DNA of 64,000 nt from Ascidiella aspersa. Lineage: Eukaryota. The notes beneath the pieces were generated by a model that saw only the letters and a list, made by a program, of their open reading frames with translations, searched no databases and was not told where the DNA came from. Shown piece by piece: positions 27,354 to 40,500 of this stretch (within the stretch, counting starts at the first letter, position 1; every line of letters begins with the position of its first letter). The translations under genes and the position numbers were made by a program. The stretch is taken from positions 14,384,001 to 14,448,000 of the forward strand of contig OZ004615.1 in NCBI GenBank assembly GCA_963924565.1. Direction: 5' to 3'.

Positions 27354-28989
27354 CTGTATAAAAGTGTTAGTAAAGGAAATGTAAGTAATATGCCTTTCTG
27401 TGTTCAGGGAAACTTGTATAATTTTAACAAAAAATTCAGCAATGATAACATGAGAAAAATGATTGAATTTTCACCAGTATTGTTTTGTTTTATATTGGTA
27501 TACAAAACTAATATCTTAAAAGCACTTTTAGAAATACCTGCTATTTATGAGCATTGAATTGGACATGTACTTCATTTTCATAATATTCTTTAATGTACTT
27601 TTATTTTTACGCAAGATATTTGATTGTGCAGCTTGTAATGGGGGGCTTCCAAGTGTTGATTCTTGGGAAAACAAACTGGAATGTTCTGAAAAATATATGT
27701 TGTCAATGCATTACAAAAATAATACTATCTGTGTGACAAAAATATAATTTTTACTTTGGAGTATATTTCTTTTGGAACTGCCAACATATGCTGAGACAGA
27801 TCGTTGAAATGTTCTGTGAAAATGTAAATTTTTCAATTCAGAAAATAGTCAAAAATAAAATTATTGGTGTACATACCTGGGATTCTTTAAACTTTTAGCA
27901 AAGTCCTCTTCCTTAGCTACAAAAACAAAACACATGTTTTTAAAAAGAAAAATATATAATTTAATTCCCAAGGCAATTTTATTAAAACCAGTCACATGTT
28001 AAGACAAACATCAGTTTGGTTAATCTGCTTAAAACATAGTTAAATTATGCTTTAGGATGAATTGGACGGTCTACATTGTAAAACGACTGCAGTGTAAATA
28101 AAATCCGATCAAATTATAAAGTGCAATTTAATGTATTTAAATTAGCTTCTATAACTTTTGCAAACCTAGTGGAAGCACATATTTAAAAGCAAGCTTCTAA
28201 GGCCAAGACTAAGAGAGTATAAAGTTGTTTTACATGATCTTTGATTATTTACATAGCCTTATACAGACTACAAGGTCTGATAACAAGGTAACTTCTTTAC
28301 ACTTTGTTTGTTGGTCAATTTCTGTTTCTTTAGTAAGTCCTGTAAAATCTGCTGCTTCCTCAATACTGAATGGAATTTCTGTAACATAAGAAGCAAAAAA
28401 ATAGTGTCAGTTAGTGAAGTACTAATAAAATATGTAAGTTTCATCTCAGTACCGGTATGCAGAGAAATTAACAAATTTTTTAGGTACCTAATACGTCATT
28501 TTAGCCTTGCAGGGTTGTGATTTTCCATCACCCACTTGCCAACGCGAGTGCATATGTTGATTTACACATTTAAAGCAAAATATTGGTTCACTTTTTTGTT
28601 TATCTCAAACAAATTATGTTAAACTCCCACTACTGAAAGTTAGTTTTATTTATTTGACTGACGATCAATTCACATTGGTGCCATTGCTACAACAAAACGA
28701 CCTCATTTTCTCTTTATGGAAACTTGCCAGACTAGTGAGTGCAAATGTTGATTCATTGATGTCCCAGTCTTATGTGAAGATCTAGTCTTCGTAAGTCAAG
28801 CTTTAAATATAAACAGCAGGCATGATATCCCAGGGGATTCTAAAATATTAGGTTCTTAATCTGGAATAACGAATCCAGAATACTTAATCATAGAATAATT
28901 TTTACTAAATAGTTATTAAAGTTTTTTTTCTGTGGGGAGGGGGTATCTGCCAAAAAAACAATTTTGCCCATCAAGTGAGCCAAAAATCT

Positions 28990-31900
28990 AAAACGCTTGT
29001 GCGGCATACGTTTACAGTGCAATGTATGCAACAAAGTGCGTTTAGAATCATAAAGTGTATCCGATAGATCTTGTCGATCTACCATACTTTCCAGACTGCC
29101 ACTGTGGAAAGTATGGCAAGTGCACCCACGAGTTTGTTTCAACCTTTCAAAAGTGCACCTCGAAAAAAATCTAAACTGCACCCCAAATATGTAAAATGCT
29201 TGTGCGGCATGCATTTACGGTGTAATTTATGCAATACAGAGTGCATTGGAAAATCATAAAGTGCACCCGCAAATTTAAAAGTGCACCTGACGTACACTTG
29301 TTCAACCTTTGTTGTACCCGGTCACCCGGATTTTTTTGGCAGTGTAGCCGCAAATCTAGTCGAGATCTGCCCTACTTTCCACCTTTTTTTAAAAAAATAC
29401 GCAACGGTCCCCTAGCAATTTTTTCAATTGTTTGCGGTCCCCTTAAAAAATACACACAAATAAACATAAAATAACACGTTTGGATGGGACGGGTGCACTA
29501 ACAGTCTTAGGTAGGCTTGTTGATGCCGTATTTAGTATTGTAACGCTAACAAAATCACTTTATTTGAGTGAAGCAATCACAATAAGTTTTAAAACCGCGA
29601 CCGTACAACCCACAATGGCAGCACAGCAAGCTGTAGAAACGTAATTCTTATTAGCACAACTAGGGTTCCTCTCCGGGAATGTTTCGACGGGAAATTCCCG
29701 GGATTTCTCGCAAATTAACAATCCCGAATCCCGGGAATTTTTTTTTATAATCCCGGGTATTCGGCAACCTAGCAAAACTTTAAAAATATTGCCGTTTTTG
29801 ACTAATATAAAAAAAAAATAGTACCAACCATGTTAACGTTGTTGCCTGAGTTTAGCACAACGCATCATTATGACATCACAATGCACAATTCAGCTCAAAG
29901 CATGCAATCACATGAATGAACAACTAATCGCCAGGTTGGAAAGTTTGGCCTGCAGTAGCAGTAGCACTTTCAGTCGCGGTCACAGCCGTGCATTTTATAG
30001 AAAATGTGTTCAGCCGCGCAAATCTAACTCGAGCAAACGCGCAAAACTTCAGCCGCGTAAACTTCTGTATGAAACTTAACAAGCACAAAAAAATTGCCGG
30101 GCTGCATACCGAAGTTGCATAACATTTTTTAACGCTAGTCTATAAGACGTATATAATATAATGCATCATATAGAATCCCCTGCGAAACGCTAAAAACGCA
30201 CAGTTCGGCGTTTTGGTCATGCATTAGTGGAAAACGGTCACGTGCATAGTGACATCAAATTAGGCAATATTGAATATTAAATGCTACACTATCCAGCTTT
30301 TTAAATATTTACCTGCGCACTGCGCCCGCACACCAACCAAAACTGCGCAGTGATTCAAGTATTCTATTAACGCTGTAAGTTTAATATAAATTCGCAATTT
30401 ACAACTTTCGGTAACCTGATGGTTTATTTTCAGCCGCGCATTTTTTCAGCTGCAAAACATCTCCCCCGCGCAATATCCAAAGTTTCTAATCTGGACTAAT
30501 CGTAGCTTTTGATGACGAGCGCAAACATGATGAAATTAAAATGTTCTCTTTCAGGAGGTCCAGTTGATTTTTGTTAGGTGCTTCGCGGTCCCAGAAAATT
30601 GTCTCACGGACCCCAAATGGACTGCGGCCCCCAGTTTGAGAACCACTGCTTTAGGGGGTAAATTTAAGGATAGGTATTTTAGCTCTGAATATCCTGGTTC
30701 AATTTGCTAATCTATGCAAAGCAGCTTCTTTGCATTGTTTATTATCAAATCTAAAGCACAAAACCAACCTAACATGTTAGCTCTGATATTCGTTTTGCAT
30801 TATCTACTACTTTACCAGACAATGAACTCAAAAAAGGCAGCCATAGTTCTGAATATGGCGCTGGTCTAGAATCCTACCATAATTCTAAAATCAACGCGCA
30901 AAATTTGAGTTAGGGTGCGGGTTAGCGTTCGGGTGTGGGTGGGTCAAGTATTATTATATTCTTTGTTTAATAATAATACTTGACCCACCTTAACCCAAAC
31001 GCTAACCCGCACCCTAATCCAAATGGTGTTTCGTTTTGGTAGGATTCTAGACCAGCGCCCTGAATATAACTGATTTAATTTGTTACTTTCGTCTTTAATA
31101 AATGAACACCACTTAATATATTGGGGGTAAATCTGATATTCATGTTAATTAGAAGGGCAAAATATACAAAAAATGTTAAGAACCCCTTTTCTAAACAGTG
31201 ATAAGCATGGAATTTCAATGATATTTACCTTTTAAAAAGAAGGTGGCTTGCTGCAAAAATGCATTTTCCTCGTTAAATTGCTCACTTTGCATACCGATAA
31301 GTCATGTCTCAAAACAGTGAATACTATTATATGAACATTTTCCACAGTTAATTAGAAACTAGAACTATGCTATCTTTTCAAGTTTACAGGTGTAGCAAAA
31401 GAGGGACAGCCCCTTTACTATTACAGGATTAATTCATTTTGTTTATTTTATGTTGTTTTTGGTGCAGCTAACAGCCTAAAGTCCTTATTGATCTTAATAA
31501 ACTAGCATGAAAATATTAAAATAAGCTTACCTATTTTTATTCGTTTGTTATATTACAAAATTTATTATATTATTAAAGATATGATATTCCCAGCGTAAAC
31601 ATATTAACTCTATGTAGTTTTCTGTGTCTTTCTTAGTATTATAAACGTAAAACCACATCCTTTGCGAGTAGTAAATATTTTTGTTTTATTTTACATTTAA
31701 TATTAATGTAAAACAATTTTTTTCTAAACCCTTTAAATCAAAAATGTTTCCAATAATTAAAAAGACAGACCTATTGGTAAATTAACAGACGTAAATACAT
31801 GGGAAGTCTAATATCGTTCCAAACCTTCAGGTTTATTTCAAAGCTATTCAATCAGATTAAAATAATTACCACGTATTTCCAGGGAAGGTTTTTAGCCATT

Positions 31901-32820
31901 TTTTGTATAAGTTTCTCTTTAATTTTTTTTCAATATTAAGTGTAATGTTACTGTTTCCAAGATTGGAAAGTTTGGCATCCGCGGGGATATATCATTTCGC
32001 ATAAAATCGCCGTTAAATTTGTTAAGCCGCGCAAAGTCGAGCAAATGGCTGAACTATAGTCGCGCTTACGGTTTTTAGTATTACCATCCTCCAAATTTGA
32101 AAAATAGCGTTATTATACAGCCGCGCAAATTTTAGCAGTAACTTAGTTAAAACCTGAAAACAAGTGACACTGTTGAAAAATTAAATTGCATTAAAATAAA
32201 TACCATTGGTCAACACTGCCACACAACCTTGCATTTTGAAGCTACATCATCTGTCCAAGCACTCAAAATCACAAGTTTCCAATCTGCCAGTTTGGAAAGT
32301 ATGGCAGATTCCAGATTGGAAACTTTGGATTTTTCGCGGGGGAGACGATTTTGCAGCTTAAAATTGCGTGGCTGTAATAATGTTATTTGTAAAACTTGCA
32401 CGACTAAAAATAGAGTATTATACTGACAACTGTTAGCGCGATGGAAGTTGTGAGCGATTTTTCACGGCTGGCCTTATTTTACATGAATGCGCGGCTATGA
32501 CTGCGGCTGAGCGGGAAACTGGATAAATCCCCCGCACAGGCCTTACTTTCCAACCTGGGGCAAATCTTGACAAGATCTTGCAATTACGGGGTGCACTTTA
32601 TGATTTTCCGATACAGTATGTGTTGCATACATTGCACTTTAAACGTATGCCGCACAAGCACTTCACATATTTGGGTTGCAGTTCAGATTTTTTTCGGGCG
32701 CACTTTTAAGCACTTCACATATTTGGGTTGCAGTTCAGATTTTTTTCGGGCGCACTTTTAAAAGGTTGAAAAAAAACTCGCCTGTGCACTTGCCATACTT
32801 TCCACAACGGCCAATCTGGA
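28990..32820. repeat. Cluster of nested or fragmented MITEs in the CABLES 5' region
   Basis: 29090-29275 and 32580-32820 are inverted copies. Recurrent CCAG(G/A)TTGGAAA termini occur at ~29931, 30494, 32311 and 32558, with repeated CAGCCGCGCA motifs. Confidence 0.65.
30857..31059. mobile_element. Palindromic MITE with 8-bp TSD
   Basis: Perfect 22-bp TIR GGCGCTGGTCTAGAATCCTACC, an inner GGGTTAGCGTT/AACGCTAACCC hairpin, and TSD CTGAATAT (30849-30856, 31060-31067). Confidence 0.88.
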
Positions 32821-33519
32821 CTGTTTCCGTTTTTGTTTTTTGGAAAAGTTGATTATTTTTTTTCAAGTTAAACTAAATTCTTTGATAAATCACTAACGAA
32901 TTTGTGTTTTTTTTCAACTGTACCATGCAAATTCACATAGTGTTTAATTATTTAGAATTAGATCCATCAATTTGCGTGTATTTTAGTGACAAATCATCTC
33001 AAAATTCGGTAAGCTGTGCAAACTTTAGTCAGTAAGTTGAAACAACAACTGAACAAAGATATAAAAATCACCTTCAGTGTGCATAAACCTGGAAAAAATT
33101 TGCTTTGCTCAAGACAGCTTGGCAGAAAGTGCTATAAAATGAAAGTTCCTAAGTTTTTTGTTCAAACTAGAAGCAAATCTTGAATGAACTATCTGAGCCT
33201 TGGTACATACCCTGGTTCTCTTGTAACCCTGTTCTTAGATAGTTTTAAAACATATCAGTCTGCACAAGGTAGTTGTAATGTAAGTCGTTTGTTTACATTT
33301 AATAATATAAAAATAAACCCATTGTTAAAATAGTTTAAATTCAGTTTTAATAGAATACAACATTAAACACTTTTATGATTGTCTAGCTACGTTACTTTTT
33401 TTGCATGTGCAGCCTGGTTGTAAAAAATTACACATGTTTCGGACACTACTTTTTAAACAATTTAACACAAAACATGTACTTGGAGAGAACAATAATACAT
33501 ATATACATAGGCTCTGAAC

Positions 33520-33760
33520 GATTAAAGCCTCTATAAAAGCCGTATACAGTAGAATCCACCACGAAATGCCGATAACGCTCGATTGAGTATTGGTCACATG
33601 CATTGTGACGTCAAGTTGGGCAACGCAGTGGAGTAATGCTTGATAAAAGCTACACCTGAAATCGTCAAGTGTTAACCTGTTTTCCTAACTTTTGGCGTAT
33701 AACACACTTGTTTGTCTGGCATCACTATTCATAATGTTAAAATACGCAAAGTTACGTCAC
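33520..33760. promoter_or_regulatory. Candidate bidirectional promoter between CABLES and GPSM
   Basis: Local CpG-retaining patch between divergent genes, with a CRE palindrome TGACGTCA (~33606) and TTACGTCA (~33752). Confidence 0.35.
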
Positions 33761-34539
33761 TCAAATTGTTAAACAATGATAGAAGCAGCATTGAAATACC
33801 ACAACAGATAAAAATCTTTATTAAATAACGACAACCACCTGCCACTGAATATTCGATTAACATGAAAATAAGATTCTCTAATTTTTAACACAGATATTTA
33901 TACCCTGAAATTTCATGATCGATCCACTCTTTCTTTATCATGGGCAGAGAAGATTGCCATTATAACCTTGTCCTTCATTCTTTAATGTAGGACCGGGTTC
34001 CCATTTGCTTTAAGAACAATTTTTTCTGACGGAACAAGGGACAATGCATTGTTTAAAGATAATGTGCGTAATTGCAAAAATTGTTTTTTTACAGGCTGTT
34101 ACATATTGGTGATTGATTAGCACGCATTTATTAATGGTTCGATAAAGTGCCCTGGGATTTTAAAAGATTGGCTTTTATGCAAATATATATACATATATTA
34201 TTCTTTTAAATAATATTTTTATAAACTTTCCCTTTTAATTGAGCAGTTTAAGTATAGCTATTACCAATGTGATTATATACATATATACACACAACTTAAA
34301 ATGTTAAACTTTTTGTAATTTTTGGACTAGGAACATTTCTATCCAGATGACAGAATCCTTTTATGGATATTTGTATGTGTGTTTCTTGTTTAGGTTTAAC
34401 TGCTATCTATTTTCGTTTAAAACTGTTTTGCCATGTTGTCATTTCCTGGCGAACCATTTATTACTTTTAAAAGATAAAAACTTAGATGTGTATAATATTT
34501 TTGTGTTGTAGGAAGTAGGTAAGAAATATAATAACTGTT

Positions 34540-37500
34540 ATGGATAAAAAGGACAAGTTCATTGAATTGGCATTTGAGGGTGAACGCCTTTGTAAATCAG
34601 GAGATTATCCTGGAGGAATTGAATGCTTTAAATCGGCACTTAAATTGGGAACAGGTATTAGTTTAAAATACATACAATTTTTTTGTGATTTTTTATTCTA
34701 ATAAATCTAAATTGTTAGTTATGATCAATTTCTGCAATTTGCCTTATGTTTAGTAAAGCTAATAAATAGTATTTCTGTTTCATCATAAAAAAAAAGTGTT
34801 TTTCAATGTTACTGTTCACAACACATATCTGTACATACAAAAATGATTTAGTCCCCCCTTAAAAAAAGCTAACCGATAGCCCTCTTTCCTCTCAAAAAAA
34901 CTTTAGATTCCATTTCGGAAACTACTTAGGATTAAAAAATGCAATTTAACCTCCCACTTTGCAATAAAAAAACACCAACACCATACACCTCCCCTCAAAA
35001 AAGTAAAAAAAGACTTTACCCACTGTTAAATAATAATAATAATTGACTTGATAATCCCATTTACTATTTTTTTTTTTTTTTTTTTTATATTTTTGTAGTT
35101 TCCAAAGACTTGGTGTATGTCCCCTGTTCTAAGAAAGTCTTTTTAAAGTAATATAACATTCAGTACACAAGATAGTTATGGTACCATTTTGTTTATTATT
35201 TAATAGAAGAAAAAAAATCCACTGTTTAAATATATGAATAAATTTAATATTTTTATTTTAATTCAGTTTTAGTAGCATAAAAAATTGCTTTACTCAGCTT
35301 AAATATGTAAAATGACGACCCACTTTCACATGTAACATGTACTTAGAGATAACATTAATATAATGCTCTTATTAATAGTATTATATATCTACCTACAATT
35401 TTGGTAATATTTATTACTTTTCCTAATTTTTATTTTAGATGACTTGACAACTCTCAGTGCAATCTACAGTCAGCTTGGTAATGGCTATGTGTTTGTTGGA
35501 GATTTTGCACAGGCTGTTTTGTATCATCAGCATGACAAAACACTTGCTAAGTATGTTAATACAAACATTAGGATTATTAGGGGTGTTCAAACTAAAATCC
35601 CAGGGAATTCTAGAATATTAGGTTTTTAATCTAGAATAACGAATCCGGAATATCAAATCCTAGTACATTTTTTAATCAATATTACTATTTCGTCCATATA
35701 GTTCAGTGTTTCTCAACCTTTTATAGCTAGCGTCACCCCTCAGAAATAACAAATAGATTGCGCACCCTACAAGATTTTTCCATTGGTAATTCACTAGAAT
35801 GTCACAAAAAACAGAGCTGGAACAACACACATCGACTGTACATAATGTACAAAGTTATAATTGGATTTATTTCACCCTAATCTTTGCATAAAAGGTTGTA
35901 AGGGTTGAGCAAAAATCAGATTCTAAAAAATTCTTAAATATCTTTCGGCACCGTTGATTTATAAACGGTACCCAAGGGTATTATAAGTGGTACCCCAGGG
36001 TGCCGCGACACCCCGGTTGAGAACCACTGATGTAGTTAGTACAAGCAACAAAAAAACCCTAAGCAATTCAATCCCATTGTATAAAACATTGTTGTGTGTT
36101 AGTTTTACTATACTTTACTACAAATGTGATCTGTTATTCAAGTAAAGCAGCAAAGAATCCAAAGTTACTAATAATTGCCAGTTTCGTGTATCTAATACTT
36201 GACAATTGTGCTGTGCTTAACCTTGCTGAATATTGGCCTATTGTTGATGTGAGCAACCCCGTCTTGCATTTCATCTAGGACTGGGGTGTCCAACATTTGG
36301 CACGCGACCTAATAAAAAATGGCATGCAAGCCCTCCCCAAAAAATGCTAAAATTGTTATTTTAGTCAATTGCCCAAAAAGCTTAATTTGTTATTCAGCCA
36401 ATTGTCAGAAAATACTAAGTTTGTTATACAGCCAATTGCCATTGTTTGTTCACCATATAAAACAATCGCCGCTATTAGACAACCAACAATTACTTTTGAT
36501 ATAGTAACATACGTGTGGAGGCTAGCATTCACATAATATTATATAGCTTGGTGTGAAGAAACAAACGTCAGCTCACCGAGAGACACTTTGATGTAGTGAT
36601 GCGCATTTCTACTAGACAGTTTTTTTTTCAAGTTTAAATAAACGTTCCTATTTTTGGTAAAAAAGTGCTTTTATAAATAAAAAAATTTGGTTCGGTTACG
36701 GAACTTTGGCACGGGAAGAAGTTATGAGATAAAAATTGGCATGCCGGCATGTTTGAGTTGGACACCCCTGATCTAGGACCAACGCGTGTTGCGATGGAAT
36801 GTTACTTTTGCAACTTAACGTTTGATTGACACTTAATTATTCGGAAAGGGGCTTGATTGACACTTAATTATTCGGAAAAGTTATTGCTAGATGCAAAGTA
36901 ATTGGTTGCCCAAAAAAACGCTGATGCCGCACTATATTGTGACATTTAAAGCAGGGCTGCGGAGTCCGTTAAAAATAAATGAGCCCGACTCCAGCCGAAA
37001 TAATAACCCAAGTCCGACTCCGGTCAAATGTGCGATTTTGTCGAGTCCCGAGTCCGGCCCGCACTCTACAGCCTGTATTCCGATAATGTATGTAACTAAA
37101 ATAACGTATATTAAGCACTGCATTATAGGGGTGTCCTATCATTCTTTCACTCACAATACATGGTTTGAAAATATTCTACCATGTGCTATTCCACCTTTAC
37201 AGTTTACAGTTGGCGGCCTTTTTAGTTTTAAAATTTGGTACTGTGCATGTGCATGTCGGACTCCGGTAGTTTTATGTGGTCTTTACGCTTGAGTCCCGAG
37301 TCAGACTCCTTGAATCCCAAGTCTACTATTCCGCAGTCCTGATTTAAAGTAAGCAGTAATTGTTGCGCCACCGGTACAAGCCTTTATTCTAACTTGTCTC
37401 TAGCATATGAACAACTAAGGCGAAATTATATCTATGACAATTAGTGCATCCAAAGGATCAAAAAGTCTGACTTTTAGACTTTAAGGTCTTGGACAGTGCA

Positions 37501-40500
37501 CTAATTTGACTTAACAATGTGCTTTAAAAGATTAAGTTTAATAATACTTGACCTACCTAAACCCAAACGCTAACCAGCACCCTAACACAAATAATGTCTG
37601 TTGATTTAAAAATTACATAAACGCTTTAGGCCCCAATACCTCAATTTGTGACAGAACAATCCTATATACAATGGATGAGAAACTATCTTATGCCCACTCG
37701 AGATGGGCTTTTTCTGCAGCATTAAAATAATTATTACATTAAAGCACATTATTCAGGTTAGGGTTCAGGTTAGCGTTTGGGTTAGGGTGGGTTAAGTGTT
37801 ATTAATTCTATCTCACACTTTTAGTTATCATTTGTGAATTTTCAGCGAATATTTTCAATTTATGTATGCCGGGAGTTTACCTAAAGGTCCAAATTAGTGT
37901 ATTGCCACAACCTCAAGGTCTAAAAGTCGGACTTTTCTGCCCTTGGATGCCCTAATTGTCGTAGACCTTTTTGCTTAGAAATGCACTAATTTCTAACGGA
38001 TCGGGTAGATTTGAAGATTTAATATTCTTCTTTGAACATCCCTAGTTATTGTATTACAATAGGACAGGGCTCATGGGTGTTTTACAATCAACAGTATATT
38101 ACTCATTGCCCTGCTTGCCTTCTTTTAATTTGCCTTTTTGTTGAAATAATAAAGTAAGATTTTAAATATATTAATACAACATTTAGTACAGTTACATTAG
38201 GACCTACTAGGGTTATTGCAGTGTACCCACATGACATTCCACTAGCATTATTACTAATGACTGTCAAACTGTTTGACAGCTGCTAAGTTTCTATTGGTAA
38301 TGCAACAGTTAACTTTATCAAAATCAATTTCTAAGTATTTTATTTTGTTATGACATAACATTGTGACTTTAGAACAATTGGTGATCTAGTGGGTGAAGCC
38401 AAGGCCAACAGCAACTTAGCAAGTACTTTTAAAATGATGGGCAACTTTGGAGACGCAATTTCCTGCAGTCAAACACATCTTGACATAGCAAGAAAACTTT
38501 CAAACAAGGTATAAATCTTTTTTTATATGTAAAAAATATAAGGTACTGTACCAGTGTTAGGATTATGCACTCTTCGTTTCGGCGAGTGCTGATTGGCATC
38601 CACTCGCCCTACTAGTGAGTGCCCTTATGCAAGATTAGTTGTTGTTTTCAGACCCTTATACTCTTTATTGTATTACTAGGTCAGTGAAGCAAAAGCATTG
38701 TATAACATGGCCAACATTTATCACGTGAAAGGCAAACACAAATGCAAAACTACCTGCCTCTCCTCTTCATCCATGGACCCTGAAGCACTTGAAGACCTCA
38801 ACATTGCAATCAAGTTTTATACGTAAGTACATATATTAAAACTGATCTACTCCTATTAGTTACGGTGTTCAGGGTAGAATAAACAGATATTCTAGAATAG
38901 TAGATTTCATATACCTTGAACACAAACACACAACATTGCCGTTTCACAAACACACAACATTGCCGTTTTTGACATAGCCAGAACAAAACATTACTCTTTT
39001 GTACATATGTAGCTAAAATAAACTTATTAAGGCCATTTTTTGTCATTCGTAGCTCAAATAAAATTAATCTGGGCACCTTTTTGTCCATAGGTAGCTTAGA
39101 TAAAACTAATTTGGGCACCTTTTTGTTGAAATGTAGCTCGGATAAAACCAATTTGTACGTTTTTGTTTGTACGTAACTCAAATAAAACTAATTTGGGCAC
39201 TTTTTTGGTTGTATGTATGGTCAAATAAAACTAATTTGGGCATTTATTTGCCCATATGTAGCTTCAAGAAAATCAATTTAGGCACTTTTGTGTTGTGTAA
39301 CGTATCAAAATTAAAACTAATTTGGGCATGTTTTTGGCCGAACGTAGCTCCAATAAAACTAATTTGGTTACATTTTTTATTGCGCATAGCTCCAATTTTG
39401 TGGTTTAACGTAGTTCAAATAAAGCTAAAATAGGCACTTTTTTATTCGTATGGATAAACCTAATTCAAGCATTTTGTTGTCCTTAAGTAGCTCCAAATTA
39501 AAACCAATTTAAGCACTTTTAGTCCATATTTAGCTTGGATAAAAACTAATTTCGACACTTTTTGAAACTTTGATAAGGTAATAATGGTGTAAACTTTACA
39601 AAATGAACATAGTTCAAAACAATGAAAAGCAACATAAAAGATTAACAAAGCACAAAACAGAGGGTTGACAAAAAATAATTTTTGATATGTATTTTTTTGT
39701 ACAGTAATTCCTAAACTTTAAACCAACAGACTTTAAAAAAAAATTATTTACATTTTTGGGGCATATTTTAAAATACATGTGCACATTGTTCCTTGTTAAT
39801 GTGTGATGTTGAGATAAATTATTATTATAGTCATGGTGTTTCTATCTAATTATATTATAAAATTTAAACCTTTTAAACATAAAATATTAGTGGAGATCTT
39901 CCTTCTAGTTGTTCGATTTTTTCCTACCTAAGGCTACGAATATCTTGCTTTACCAAGATATAATTAAACACAATCTATATTTAAAAGCAATTTATTACTA
40001 AAAACGTAGTAGAAAATGGTTTCCTGTTTTTATCCATTTTCCTAAATGCATTTCTGTTGTCACCTATATGACCTGTCTGGGGCCTTCATCTTTATCACAC
40101 AGAATAGAATGATTAGATTCTTTACAAACATTGCAATAAAACTCCTCTTTTCAGAAAACATTTTTTTTTTGGTAGGGGTAGGATGACTTAATTTGTCATG
40201 CTAGAAACCATTATTCCAACAGTACTCCAAACCATTTAGACTTTAGGTGTTGAATGTACAGATATTTCTATTTACAAATTTATACTTTTTTTAATATTAT
40301 CTTTTTAATTAAACACTTTAAACATCACATGTGTTGTGGGTCATGTTGATTAATTTTGTCGATATTGTGTTGTAAAATGTTTTTAAAACAGTGGTCATTT
40401 CTACTCCATTGTATGTATACACAGAAAAAATCTCAGTATTGTGCAAGAATTGGGAGATAGAGCAGCCCAGGGAAAAGCATGTGGCAGTCTAGGGAATATT

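Noticed and set aside
28496-28498. Selenocysteine or stop readthrough at the in-frame TGA
   Set aside because: No SECIS recognised, CABLES is not a known selenoprotein, and the exon assignment itself is uncertain.
39005-39565. CRISPR-like array
   Set aside because: Units are degenerate tandem copies without unique spacers, the context is a eukaryotic intron, and there are no cas genes.
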